A stretch of 64,000 nt of DNA from Acidimicrobiales bacterium (GCA_030743005.1 JASLTG010000013.1:762-64761); one strand, 5' to 3'. Positions 38,909 through 48,421 are shown, numbered from the stretch's first letter. Notes: generated by a model from the sequence alone, not told the origin. Program-made: numbers and translations.

Positions 38909-39120
38909 ACCCGCTCGCTTTCCTAGGCCTAGCTGTAGCAATCACACTTGTTGGTTCACTATTTCTGGTGATTGGTAGCCGAAAGCGGACCCCCTGGGAT
39001 TCGAGCATCAATGCCTTCCAAAAGCGTTTAGATGCCCTAGCACCAGAGCAAGACCAAGTCATCGAACTATTAGACGACGAGCCGTTCCCCGGCGGCGGGA
39101 GGCATTCCGCTGGCACGTGA
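38905..39120 (+). CDS. possible 71-aa single-TM protein
   Basis: The GTG start overlaps the moaE TGA (GTGA). The product begins VNPLAFLGLAVAITLVGSLFLVIGSRKR. Confidence 0.35.
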   Translation: MNPLAFLGLAVAITLVGSLFLVIGSRKRTPWDSSINAFQKRLDALAPEQDQVIELLDDEPFPGGGRHSAGT

Positions 39121-40120
39121 CCTAGCGATCGATCTCGGCACCGCCAACACGTTGGTGTACGAGCGTGGCCGCGGCATCGTACTCAACGAGCCGTCGGTAA
39201 TAGCTATGAATGAACGCACCGGCGATGTTCTCGCAGTCGGACGTGAGGCATGGCAGATGATCGGAAGAACTCCTTCATACATCGTCGCTGTGCGACCGCT
39301 GCGAAAGGGTGCCATTACCGATTTTGATACGACGCAGCGGATGATCAGGTTGATCCTTCAACAGGTGGGCGTCGGCCGATTCGGGAAAACCCGTGTAGTC
39401 GTGTGTGTGCCTTCGGTCATTACTCCCGTCGAACGTCGCGCTGTCACAGATGCTGCTCGACGGGCAGGAGCTAGCGATGTGCGTCTTATAGATCAACCAA
39501 TGGCCGCAGCAATTGGATCTGGTTTACCCATCCATGAGCCAATAGGAAATATGGTGATCGACGTTGGCGGCGGAACAGCTGAAACTGCAATGGTCTCCAT
39601 GGGAGGGATTGTTTCTCTCAAAGCCATAAGAGTTGGTTCGTTTGATTTCGACGTAGCTTTGCAGAACTATGCCAGGCGTGTGCATGGCGTAGCTATTGGT
39701 GAACGAACAGCTGAAGAAATCAAAGTTCAAATCGGATCTGCATGGGCGGTCGAAGATGAGTTCGATGCTGAAGTAAAGGGACGAGATCTCACTACCGGCC
39801 TGCCTCGGACGTTTATATTGACGCCAGATCAAGTGCGATCAGCATTGGATGAACCAGTCCAAGCAGTAATCGACTCCGTGGTCGATTGCCTTAGCCAGGC
39901 ACCGCCTGAACTATCCCAGGATCTCCTGGTACACGGCGTTCATCTGGTCGGTGGCGGTGCCCTGTTGAAAGGACTTGCTCAACGCATAGAAAATGATGCA
40001 CGTGTACCAGTACGAATTGTTCGGACCCCAATGGAAGCTGTGGTTCTAGGGGCAGGACGAGCTTTAGACAACTTTGACGCACTTTCGTCAACGTTTAATA
40101 CGTATGGCAACCGCTGGTAA
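39110..40120 (+). CDS. mreB: rod-shape protein MreB (actin-like ATPase)
   Basis: DLAIDLGTANTLVY (phosphate-1), MVIDVGGGTAE, and VHLVGGGALLKGL. The conserved phosphate-1 motif is upstream of the first canonical start (39152). A CTG at 39110 lies 7 nt after GGGAGG. Confidence 0.85.
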   Translation: MARDLAIDLGTANTLVYERGRGIVLNEPSVIAMNERTGDVLAVGREAWQMIGRTPSYIVAVRPLRKGAITDFDTTQRMIRLILQQVGVGRFGKTRVVVCVPSVITPVERRAVTDAARRAGASDVRLIDQPMAAAIGSGLPIHEPIGNMVIDVGGGTAETAMVSMGGIVSLKAIRVGSFDFDVALQNYARRVHGVAIGERTAEEIKVQIGSAWAVEDEFDAEVKGRDLTTGLPRTFILTPDQVRSALDEPVQAVIDSVVDCLSQAPPELSQDLLVHGVHLVGGGALLKGLAQRIENDARVPVRIVRTPMEAVVLGAGRALDNFDALSSTFNTYGNRW

Positions 40121-41351
40121 ATCTCACGTGCGCATTGACGGCTTCACCAAGTATCGGATCGCCCTCATCGCCACAGCAGTGTTGTTTGCTGGTGCCTGCT
40201 CTGGACAAGGGGCAAACGTCTCCGATGTTGATAATGAACAAGCACTGTCAGTTGAGAGATCGGTTGGCTTCGATGGAGACATCATCCGGCTTGGAGTTGT
40301 TGCCAATTTGAGTGGCCTCGGATCAGCATTAGATCGAACGCGCTTAACCGGAGTCAGCGCCTACTGGTCAGACATCAACGCCTTGGGAGGGGTAGGTGGA
40401 CGATACGCAGTAGAACTAGAAATTCTGGACCACGGTGGCAATCCGGACGTCGCCGAAGAACTTGTGTCCGAGCTACTTGATGAGGTTGTTGCTCTGACGT
40501 TTATAGATGAGACAGCAATGGGAGCGGTGCATCCGTTTCTTGTCGAAGGCCAAGTTTTGGGGGTAGCTCCTACATCAACACTGGATTGGGAATCTGACCC
40601 TCGCTTCTTAACCCACAGCCCTCCAGTTGAAGCAACTGTCCTCGCTCTTTTTGAAAGCACACCTTCCTCTAAGTGGTGTGTAATAACTGACGGTTCACCG
40701 CTGGGGGTAGGAGTCAGAAACTCTGCACCTCGCGCGGCGCGAATTGCTGGAGCACAAAGCGTGACCTTGATTGAAGTAGAGGAAGACTTGAACGCTGCGG
40801 TATTGGCAGCAGCATGCGAACACGTCTTTGCTGAAGTATCAGAGAAGTTTCAAGAGAAACTACTTACATCGCTCCCAGCCGGCCGAACCGTCCTCCGTCA
40901 AGCAGGACTAACCGATCCGACAGTTGGTCGTACCGACATCCAGTTTGCGTATATCGACTCAGGCCCAGCCTGGCACGTCGATGCTGCAATTGGTATGCGA
41001 CCATTTTTGGCGTCGTTGCTGCGTCATGCCCCAGACGCCGAACCTGACACGAGGATACGTGACGGGTATGTGTCCCAGATTCGATTACATGAACTGTTGG
41101 AACAAGCCGTCCAAGGCGGAGATTTGAGACGCTCGACCATATTCGAAGCCGCTCAGACCCATACACGGATCGAAATGTCCGGTCTCGCCGAAGAGGTAGA
41201 TATGTCCATTGAACAGCCGTCGCTGCCTCGAGAGATGAGCATCCGAATCAACGCCGCTGAAGAAGATGAATTAGATGCCCGCGATTGGAAGCTTGAACGA
41301 AGGCTGCGGGCACAAAACTTCGCGTCGCTAGCTAACGAAATACTTGACTAG
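40104..41351 (+). CDS. lipoprotein, ABC-type substrate-binding protein (Leu/Ile/Val-binding-like, Peripla_BP_6)
   Basis: Lipobox LFAGACSG, and IRLGVVANLSGLGS..INALGGVGGRYAVELEILD. No permease gene lies next to it. Confidence 0.55.
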   Translation: MATAGKSHVRIDGFTKYRIALIATAVLFAGACSGQGANVSDVDNEQALSVERSVGFDGDIIRLGVVANLSGLGSALDRTRLTGVSAYWSDINALGGVGGRYAVELEILDHGGNPDVAEELVSELLDEVVALTFIDETAMGAVHPFLVEGQVLGVAPTSTLDWESDPRFLTHSPPVEATVLALFESTPSSKWCVITDGSPLGVGVRNSAPRAARIAGAQSVTLIEVEEDLNAAVLAAACEHVFAEVSEKFQEKLLTSLPAGRTVLRQAGLTDPTVGRTDIQFAYIDSGPAWHVDAAIGMRPFLASLLRHAPDAEPDTRIRDGYVSQIRLHELLEQAVQGGDLRRSTIFEAAQTHTRIEMSGLAEEVDMSIEQPSLPREMSIRINAAEEDELDARDWKLERRLRAQNFASLANEILD

Positions 41352-41969
41352 CTAATCAGTCATAACCCCGAGAAGATCACCCGCGATGGCACGAACCTGA
41401 CGGTCCTTGTCAGCGAGAGCGCCCTGTATGGCTTCCTCTGCCTCGGCTTCATCGAACTGGAAAAGACCCAAAACAGCGCGTCGACGAATCTGAGGGCGAT
41501 CGTTCATCACCGCAAGAAGACACATCAAGATCGCAGCCCGGTCAACCTCGCCCGCCGTCGCCAAGGCACCCAAAGCAGCGACCGCACTCTCCCGACACAA
41601 GGCATCTTCGTGGTTGTTAGCCATCGCAATAAGTGATGGCACTGCCGTAGTTTCCGTGCGTTCACCGACCGCAAAAGCCGCGGCTTCAGCAACACCGGGA
41701 TCCGAGTCGTCAAGACATGCATCGATTTCAACGTCAGATCTTTTTGCTGCAATCTCCAAAGCCCGCCTTCTCACGGAGCCGTCGACGTCTTTGAGTGCTG
41801 ATTGGAGATCTGAAGTAGTGAGCGAACCGATTCGATCCAAAGCTCCTAAAGCCACGCACCGAGTACCCGCATTAACATCAGTCAAATAACTTCGTGCCTC
41901 TGACTCGTCGCCTTGATGTCCAGCTAGCGCTGCGCGGATGCGCGCCGCACGCGGACTACTTCGTGTCAA
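41352..41969 (-). CDS. HEAT-repeat protein
   Basis: Repeated xxVRxxAxxALGxIG-type helices (RCVALGALDRIG, VRRRALEIAAK, CRESAVAALGALA, IRRRAVLGL). The proposed TTG start overlaps the upstream TGA (TTGA). The N-terminal 41 aa of the track ORF look like out-of-frame noise. Confidence 0.6.
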   Translation of the reverse strand: MTRSSPRAARIRAALAGHQGDESEARSYLTDVNAGTRCVALGALDRIGSLTTSDLQSALKDVDGSVRRRALEIAAKRSDVEIDACLDDSDPGVAEAAAFAVGERTETTAVPSLIAMANNHEDALCRESAVAALGALATAGEVDRAAILMCLLAVMNDRPQIRRRAVLGLFQFDEAEAEEAIQGALADKDRQVRAIAGDLLGVMTD

Positions 41970-42277
41970 CTGATCGCTGCCTGCAAGATTAGGGCTGCCA
42001 CAATCGCCAATAGCCCGATGACAAGAGTGATGACCAAACCACCTAAAACAGAAAAAGCGCTGAGACCGAGAACGGCAACCAACTTTCTCCACAACGAAGA
42101 CCTCTTGTGGGGCCGCGTCGGCAGAATTCGACGCGGATCATTCAAATTAAGTTGACGTCGCGACTCTAAGTCAGAGCTGAGGTCATCGGACTGGGTAGGC
42201 AGTGATTCAGGGGGCGATATCGCTTCGAGAGGTGCAGTGAGTTTCGGATCAGATTCTCTATCGTTCATTAAATTCAT
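41966..42277 (-). CDS. hypothetical protein with a C-terminal TM anchor
   Basis: 103 aa with a disordered acidic N-terminus, then LWRKLVAVLGLSAFSVLGGLVITLVIGLLAIVAALIL. Confidence 0.45.
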   Translation of the reverse strand: MNLMNDRESDPKLTAPLEAISPPESLPTQSDDLSSDLESRRQLNLNDPRRILPTRPHKRSSLWRKLVAVLGLSAFSVLGGLVITLVIGLLAIVAALILQAAIS

Positions 42278-42325
42278 CCAAGCCGCGTGCCGTCACAGGG
42301 GTACAGCGTGGCACGCTTATAACTG

Positions 42326-43420
42326 ATGTCCGAGCCGACCATGAACGAGAATACTTCGCTCCCCGCCACTGAAGTATCGACCACCCGTCGAGTTCCAGGC
42401 TGGGCAGCAATCATTGCCGCCGTGTTTGCAGCAGGTTTTTTGATAGTTGTTGCCCTTGACCGAATCACTATTACCTCAAAGGTTTTGACTAGCCCAGGCG
42501 CGACCCGGGATATAGGGCCAATGCTTCAGGTAGATCCTACAAAGACCTATAACGCTGAGGGTCAAATCGAAATGGTGACCGTCCAATCCAACCTGCAACC
42601 CTCGATTCTGGAACTGGTAGGCGGCTGGCTTGATGATTCCATAAAAATCTCGCCCCGTTACGAAATATTGGGTGATCGGACCATTGAACAAAACCGCACC
42701 CTTGGACAAGAACAAATGGCAAGAAGCCTTGATGTCGCTGCCCGAGTGGCACTTGAACGAATTGGCTACGACGTGATCTCAGAAGCTGGAGCTTTAGTCC
42801 TTCAGATTGTTCCCGATACTCCAGCATCCCGAACCTTGGATCGTGGTGATGTAATCGTTCGAGCAGAAAACAGTGAGGTCAAAACATCACGTGATCTTGG
42901 CGAACTAGTACGCGCCAAGTCGCCAGGGGACAGCTTCTCGTTCGCTGTGTTGCAGATAGATGGGACTATTCGGAATGAAACAGTGACACTCACTGAAAGA
43001 GACGGGACCGCATTTCTCGGAGTGTCGATCAGCACCTACGTCGAGATGGATGAATTGCCTTTCCAAATCGACTTTCAGGTCGAACGAGTCGGAGGTCCTT
43101 CAGCTGGGCTCAGCCTTACCTTGGCACTGTTAGAACGAATGCTCCCCGGAGAACTCCTGAACGGCTTGAAGGTTGTAGCCACGGGAACTGTTGACCCATT
43201 AGGAAACGTCGGTGCAGTTGGCGGCGTCGAACAGAAAAGCCACACGGTGATGCGCAACGGGGCCGATCTTTTCTTGGTCCCCGCAGGACAGGCCGACCAA
43301 GCGAAAGCGGTACTGGGGGACATGATTGAAGTTGTTGGGGTGGAGACCCTAGATGACGCGTTATCCAGACTTCGTTCGCTGGGAGGCGACGTCTCTGGGA
43401 TTCAATTAGTGAGCCATTAA
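42326..43420 (+). CDS. membrane-anchored PDZ + Lon-type (S16) protease-domain protein
   Basis: TM anchor, PDZ region (RGDVIVRAENSEV), and VGGPSAGLSLTLALLE, the S16 Ser motif. It is an ortholog-like neighbour of UPF0182, as in mycobacteria. Confidence 0.8.
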   Translation: MSEPTMNENTSLPATEVSTTRRVPGWAAIIAAVFAAGFLIVVALDRITITSKVLTSPGATRDIGPMLQVDPTKTYNAEGQIEMVTVQSNLQPSILELVGGWLDDSIKISPRYEILGDRTIEQNRTLGQEQMARSLDVAARVALERIGYDVISEAGALVLQIVPDTPASRTLDRGDVIVRAENSEVKTSRDLGELVRAKSPGDSFSFAVLQIDGTIRNETVTLTERDGTAFLGVSISTYVEMDELPFQIDFQVERVGGPSAGLSLTLALLERMLPGELLNGLKVVATGTVDPLGNVGAVGGVEQKSHTVMRNGADLFLVPAGQADQAKAVLGDMIEVVGVETLDDALSRLRSLGGDVSGIQLVSH

Positions 43421-43482
43421 AGTCTGTTTTTACCGCCGGACCATCCGCGCTCAGCTAGCAACGATCGGTACCCTCGATCATC

Positions 43483-44676
43483 ATGGTTCAGCACGCCGAA
43501 GGGGCGTTCGAAATTGATCCAGAAGCGGTCGTGAATGCTGAATTTGCTCACGTGTTCCGCGGGTACTCGATCGACGAAGTTCGATCGTTCCTAGAAGACG
43601 TAGGTCGTGAACTGCACCGTTTGAAAAACGAACTCGCAGCAGCGCGTTCAGTGCAGCAAGTTGTGGCTGCCACAGCAGAAACACCACTTGGTCTGAGTGA
43701 TGAAACGCAAAATCGTTCGACAACCTCCGTTGGTCCTGGAACGGTCATTGACCTGCAATCTCACCGACTTACTCTCGAACGCGACGACAATTTCAGTGAC
43801 CTAGATTCCGAAATTTCTGATGCCCGACTGACCGAAGCCCAAGAGAGATCGGAAGAAGATTCAGAACAACGGCAAGTGGTTCCGTTCCCTAGCGCGGCTC
43901 CACCTCAACGGCGGGCAGTAATTGATGAGCTTTTCGCACGGCTGGGAGAACCACAGCTCGACGACGTTGAATGGGCTAAGGAAGTTCTCATTCGTACTGG
44001 AGAGATCCCGGCCATCCCAGAATCCCCATACGCTTCGATTCACGGAGAGGCAGAAACAATCAGCGACCACCATGACCGTTTGCGAAGCACGGTCGCGGAG
44101 CTCTCTCGCGCCTCGGTAGGACAACTCAAGAGAAACATCGCCACACGACTCGAGAGCCTTCTACCGGAACTAAAACACCTTTCGTCAAACAAGTTTGAAA
44201 TGTCGCAATTAGTGCCGAAGGCAATGGATGACGAGTTCATCGAAGGCTTAACGCCGTTCGTGGCTGCCGCAGCAAAATTTGGGGCAGGGGGAACAAAAGT
44301 CAACGTTGATGGCATACCGAACAAAGTCGCAAGAATCACAGGAGATTGGCTACGCGACCGCCTCCAAGCGCACCTAGATGATGATGTCGCTATCGAAGTC
44401 CGACTTCGAGCTGTCTACCGGGAATGGAAAAAATCTGCGGTAGACCTGATCGCCACAGACGCAATAGCCGAAGCGTTTGCCCTGGGCCTCTACGCCACGA
44501 TCCCATCGGACCAACAAATCAAGTGGGAAACTCCATCAGATGGGTGCTGCAGCACCACCTGCCATGACAACGCATCAGCCTTAACACGCAGAAAAGGTGA
44601 AGAATTTCCCTCAGGTCACCTGCTTCCCCCAATTGGTCCAGGATGTCGCAGTCTGGTCGTGCCCACAGGCCAGTAG
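43483..44676 (+). CDS. DivIVA-domain protein with a Cys-containing C-terminal module
   Basis: FAHVFRGYSIDEVRSFLEDVGRELHRLKNEL is a DivIVA N-terminal motif. The C-terminus is W..CCSTTCHDN...FPSGHLLPPIGPGCRSLVVP. Confidence 0.65.
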   Translation: MVQHAEGAFEIDPEAVVNAEFAHVFRGYSIDEVRSFLEDVGRELHRLKNELAAARSVQQVVAATAETPLGLSDETQNRSTTSVGPGTVIDLQSHRLTLERDDNFSDLDSEISDARLTEAQERSEEDSEQRQVVPFPSAAPPQRRAVIDELFARLGEPQLDDVEWAKEVLIRTGEIPAIPESPYASIHGEAETISDHHDRLRSTVAELSRASVGQLKRNIATRLESLLPELKHLSSNKFEMSQLVPKAMDDEFIEGLTPFVAAAAKFGAGGTKVNVDGIPNKVARITGDWLRDRLQAHLDDDVAIEVRLRAVYREWKKSAVDLIATDAIAEAFALGLYATIPSDQQIKWETPSDGCCSTTCHDNASALTRRKGEEFPSGHLLPPIGPGCRSLVVPTGQ

Positions 44677-44688
44677 CATTCCAGGTAT

Positions 44689-47640
44689 ATGCGACCACCT
44701 GAGCAAATGAAGTCACGTCGGCGGCGAACCAATCGGCTACGGGTACTGCTCGGTATCGGTGGGTTAGCCATCTTTTTGTTCTTTACGTCGATCCGAGGCC
44801 TCGCTGGGTTCTGGACTGACTATCTCTGGTTCGACAGTCTCTCACTGTCGTCGGTGTGGACATCTGTGCTTTGGGCCAAGATCGGCCTCGGTTTGTTATT
44901 CACCGCAGTATTTTTCGTGTCTCTGTGGGTGAATCTGTTTATCGCTGATCGTTTCGCCCCGAAGGTTCGGCCACCAGGACCAGAAGATGAACTTTCGCGA
45001 AGGTGGCAACAATTCACCTCCTCTCGAACAGTTCTCATCAGAAGCATTGTTTCGCTTTTGTTTGCGCTTTTAGTTGGAGCTGGAGTCTCTTCGCAATGGC
45101 AAAGCTGGCTGTTCTTCACCAACCGAGTTGATTTCGGGATCGTTGACCAGCAGTTCGGTATCGATGTCGGTTTTTATGTCTTCCAGCTTCCATTTCTGAC
45201 ATTCATCGTTAGTTGGGCTTTTGCCGCGATACTGGTCATCTTTGTCGTCACAACCATCCAGCATTACCTCAACGGCGGTATACGCCTCCAAGGGCAAGCC
45301 GGATCCCGAGTTGCTCCACAAGTTAAGGCCCACTTGTCGCTTCTTCTGGGCTTGTTGGCATTGGTAAAAGGCGTCGGTTATTACCTCGATAGATACGAAC
45401 TGACATTGTCCGAACGTGGGTTTGTCACTGGGGCCACCTACACCGACGTCAAAGCACAATTGCCAGCGTTACAGCTCCTCATGATCGTCAGTGTGTTCTG
45501 CTTTGGCTTGCTGATCTTCAATATATGGCGGCGAGGATTTACATATCCGATCATTGCAGTTGGGCTGTGGGCATTGGTTGCCAGCTTGGCTGGAACGATT
45601 TACCCAGCTTTGGTCCAACGCTTTCAAGTAGAGCCGTCGGAGTCGACCAAAGAAGCGCCGTACATCGAACGCAACATCGAGATGACGCGAGTCGCCATGG
45701 GCCTCGACCAGGTAATGCCCCGCGACTTCGATTACGAACCCACTCTCACAGCAACCGAAATCGAAGAAAATCTTGCGACGGTTCGCAACGTACGGCTCTT
45801 AGACCCAGCCGTCATGCGCGATACGTTCCAACAGACTCAAGGCATAAAAAGTTTCTATGACTTTCGCGACATTGATGTCGATCGATATGAAATTGATGGA
45901 CGGACCACTCAAGTTGTACTTGCCGCTAGAGAACTAAAACAAACCGACCTTCCAAATAGCTCGTGGGAGTCCCAACATATTGCGTTCACCCACGGATATG
46001 GGATTGCTGCCGCGCCCGCCAACGCCATTGACGCCAATGGCCGTCCGGACTACGCCCTAGCCGACATACCCGTAACAGCAGGTCCGGGGGCTGAGTCTTT
46101 GGATATAGATATGCCAGGTCTGTACATAGGTGAAGGTTTGAAGGGCTACGCGATTGTTGGCGCAGCACGAGACGAAGTTGACTTCCAAGATAATGATGAT
46201 CAGACCGAAGTGACCCGCTACGACGGAGCTGACGGAGTGGCTATCAGTTCGCTCCCGAGAAAACTTGCGTTTGCTTTGCGTTTCGCAGAACCGAACCTTG
46301 TCGTTTCTGGCGAACTCGGTTCAGACAGCCGCATTTTGTACAAGCGCGATGTAGTCGATCGAGCAAAAACTCTTGCACCGTTCCTGAAATTTGACCGGGA
46401 CCCGTATCCAGCGGTTATCGACGGCAAAGTGATGTGGATCCTCGACGCATATACCTCTACAGATATGTTCCCCTACGCGCAACGAGTGAATCCGCGTGCG
46501 GTCAGATCAGGCGACCTTCGTACAGAAGCAAATTATGTGCGGAACTCGATCAAAGTCGTTGTCGATGCTTACGACGGAACTCCCACCTTTTACATAGTTG
46601 ATGACGAAGACCCCATAGCGAAGTCCTACCGTAAACAGTTCCCTGATTTGTTCAGTGAGACTGGACCTCCAGCAGAAGTCGCAGAGCACTTCCGCTACCC
46701 CGAAGATCTGTTCCGAATGCAAACAGACATGTGGGGTCGATATCGCATCACCGAAGCGTCGGAGTTCTATGACGCAGCAGGAGCTTGGAGCGTTGCCCAA
46801 GACCCAGGAAATTCGATCGGTCAGACAGCAGTCGAATCAGTCATTGATGCTTCAGGCAACATCATTAGTAGTTCTGAGGTACGTATTGCGCCCCAGTATC
46901 TATTGATGCGCCTGCCGGGAGATGACGATGAATCATTCGTCATTTTCAGACCGTTCGTCCCGTTCTCCGATGATGATTCACGTAAGAACCTTGAAGGTTT
47001 CATGGTCGTTCACAACGACCCTGAACGATACGGCCAAATTGAAGTTTATGAGATTCGCGCTTCCACTCCAGTTGATGGGCCAGCTCTGTTCAACTCCAAT
47101 ATTCAGACCGAAGAGGAAATCTCTGAACGAGTGACACTCCTGAATCAGAATGGGTCAACTGTTGTGCCGGGAAATCTGCTGCTCATTCCGGTCGAGAACT
47201 CGTTGCTGTACGTTCGTCCGCTCTACATAGAAGCCACTGGAACGACAGCAGTTCCCGAACTGCAGTTGGTCATCGTTGGTGTTGGCCCAGAAGTCGTAAT
47301 CGCCGACAGCTTTGAAGCAGCGTTAGCCCGCGCAATTCCGGGACTCAATATCGATTTACAATCTGACACTGTCGCACCAGACCTCGATGTCGCTGAACCC
47401 GACGACGACGACGAGCTTTCCCAGTCGCCTGAACCCGAAGAAGATGAAGAATCTGGTGATCTGTCCGTTGAAGAGTTATTGGCTCTATCTCGGGAAGCAT
47501 TCGACCGCGCTAATGCAGCGTTGCGAACAGGTGACCTAGCTGGGTATCAACGGTGGGTTGAAACAGCCGCTGGCTATATATCGAAGGCCCAAAAGATGCT
47601 TAGTCAGTCTCCTGTTCGAGACGACGCTGACGCTGCCTAA
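44689..47640 (+). CDS. UPF0182-family large polytopic membrane protein
   Basis: 983 aa with about 7 N-terminal TM helices, a large extracytoplasmic domain and an acidic C-terminal tail. Size and context match the Rv3193c-type family. Confidence 0.8.
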   Translation: MRPPEQMKSRRRRTNRLRVLLGIGGLAIFLFFTSIRGLAGFWTDYLWFDSLSLSSVWTSVLWAKIGLGLLFTAVFFVSLWVNLFIADRFAPKVRPPGPEDELSRRWQQFTSSRTVLIRSIVSLLFALLVGAGVSSQWQSWLFFTNRVDFGIVDQQFGIDVGFYVFQLPFLTFIVSWAFAAILVIFVVTTIQHYLNGGIRLQGQAGSRVAPQVKAHLSLLLGLLALVKGVGYYLDRYELTLSERGFVTGATYTDVKAQLPALQLLMIVSVFCFGLLIFNIWRRGFTYPIIAVGLWALVASLAGTIYPALVQRFQVEPSESTKEAPYIERNIEMTRVAMGLDQVMPRDFDYEPTLTATEIEENLATVRNVRLLDPAVMRDTFQQTQGIKSFYDFRDIDVDRYEIDGRTTQVVLAARELKQTDLPNSSWESQHIAFTHGYGIAAAPANAIDANGRPDYALADIPVTAGPGAESLDIDMPGLYIGEGLKGYAIVGAARDEVDFQDNDDQTEVTRYDGADGVAISSLPRKLAFALRFAEPNLVVSGELGSDSRILYKRDVVDRAKTLAPFLKFDRDPYPAVIDGKVMWILDAYTSTDMFPYAQRVNPRAVRSGDLRTEANYVRNSIKVVVDAYDGTPTFYIVDDEDPIAKSYRKQFPDLFSETGPPAEVAEHFRYPEDLFRMQTDMWGRYRITEASEFYDAAGAWSVAQDPGNSIGQTAVESVIDASGNIISSSEVRIAPQYLLMRLPGDDDESFVIFRPFVPFSDDDSRKNLEGFMVVHNDPERYGQIEVYEIRASTPVDGPALFNSNIQTEEEISERVTLLNQNGSTVVPGNLLLIPVENSLLYVRPLYIEATGTTAVPELQLVIVGVGPEVVIADSFEAALARAIPGLNIDLQSDTVAPDLDVAEPDDDDELSQSPEPEEDEESGDLSVEELLALSREAFDRANAALRTGDLAGYQRWVETAAGYISKAQKMLSQSPVRDDADAA

Positions 47641-47644
47641 CACT

Positions 47645-48394
47645 GTGCCGGGCACAATCCCTACTGCTACAGGTCATGTAACGGCACCAGGACGAGTCTT
47701 GGTTGTCGTCGCTCATCCCGACGACGTTGATTTTGGCACCGCTGGCACTATGGCAGCGTTAGTTAGCGCCGGCTCCCAAGTCTCTTACTGTCTGGTAACT
47801 AGTGGCGACGCGGGTGATGACGATCTAACACGAGATACCGCAGATCTCGCAGCTCTGCGACAGGAAGAACAAACAGCTGCCGCGTTAGCGGTGGGAGTGG
47901 AAGATTTACATTGGCTGGATTACCCCGATGGTCGAGTCGAAAACAGCCTCGAGCTTCGGCGTGATATCTCGCGGGTTATCCGGATAGTTCGACCTGATGT
48001 TGTTGTGACGCAGCCAACAACCGCTAATTGGGACCGAATTTACGGGTCTCACCCGGATCATTTAGCAACGGCTTGGGCGACGATGGCCGCTGTCTACCCT
48101 GACGCTCGGAACCCGCGATCGCACCCCGAACTATTAGCCGAAGGTTATGAACCGCACACCGTGACCGAAGTTTGGATGATGTGGATGGCTGCTCCTGAAG
48201 GAACGATGATGCACGTAGATATCACCGCCACCTTCGAAGAGAAAGTTAAGGCCCTGCATTGCCATTCAAGTCAAACCGATCGCATTGAAGGCTTGGATGA
48301 GTTGCTGCGAGAGTGGGCCTCAGGTGTCGCATCAACAGCGAACATGGAACCGGGCCGCCTTGCGGAAGGCTTTCGAGTTATCAACACCGAGTAA
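47645..48394 (+). CDS. PIG-L/LmbE-family N-acetylglucosaminyl deacetylase
   Basis: VVVAHPDDVDFGTAG and SHPDH motifs. The GTG at 47645 avoids the 83-nt overlap with UPF0182 implied by the track start. Confidence 0.8.
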   Translation: MPGTIPTATGHVTAPGRVLVVVAHPDDVDFGTAGTMAALVSAGSQVSYCLVTSGDAGDDDLTRDTADLAALRQEEQTAAALAVGVEDLHWLDYPDGRVENSLELRRDISRVIRIVRPDVVVTQPTTANWDRIYGSHPDHLATAWATMAAVYPDARNPRSHPELLAEGYEPHTVTEVWMMWMAAPEGTMMHVDITATFEEKVKALHCHSSQTDRIEGLDELLREWASGVASTANMEPGRLAEGFRVINTE

Positions 48395-48421
48395 AGTGAC
48401 GAAATTGGTGAAGTAGGGGCT

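Noticed and set aside
41970-42092. Possible frameshift or pseudogene joining the TM ORF and the HEAT ORF
   Set aside because: A clean TTGA stop/start overlap explains both ORFs without invoking a frameshift. It is kept as a low-interest finding for checking against orthologs.
47558-47644. N-terminal extension of the PIG-L deacetylase ORF that overlaps the end of the UPF0182 gene
   Set aside because: The extension reads as out-of-frame UPF0182 sequence. An in-frame GTG at 47645, just after the UPF0182 stop, precedes the conserved VVVAHPDD motif.
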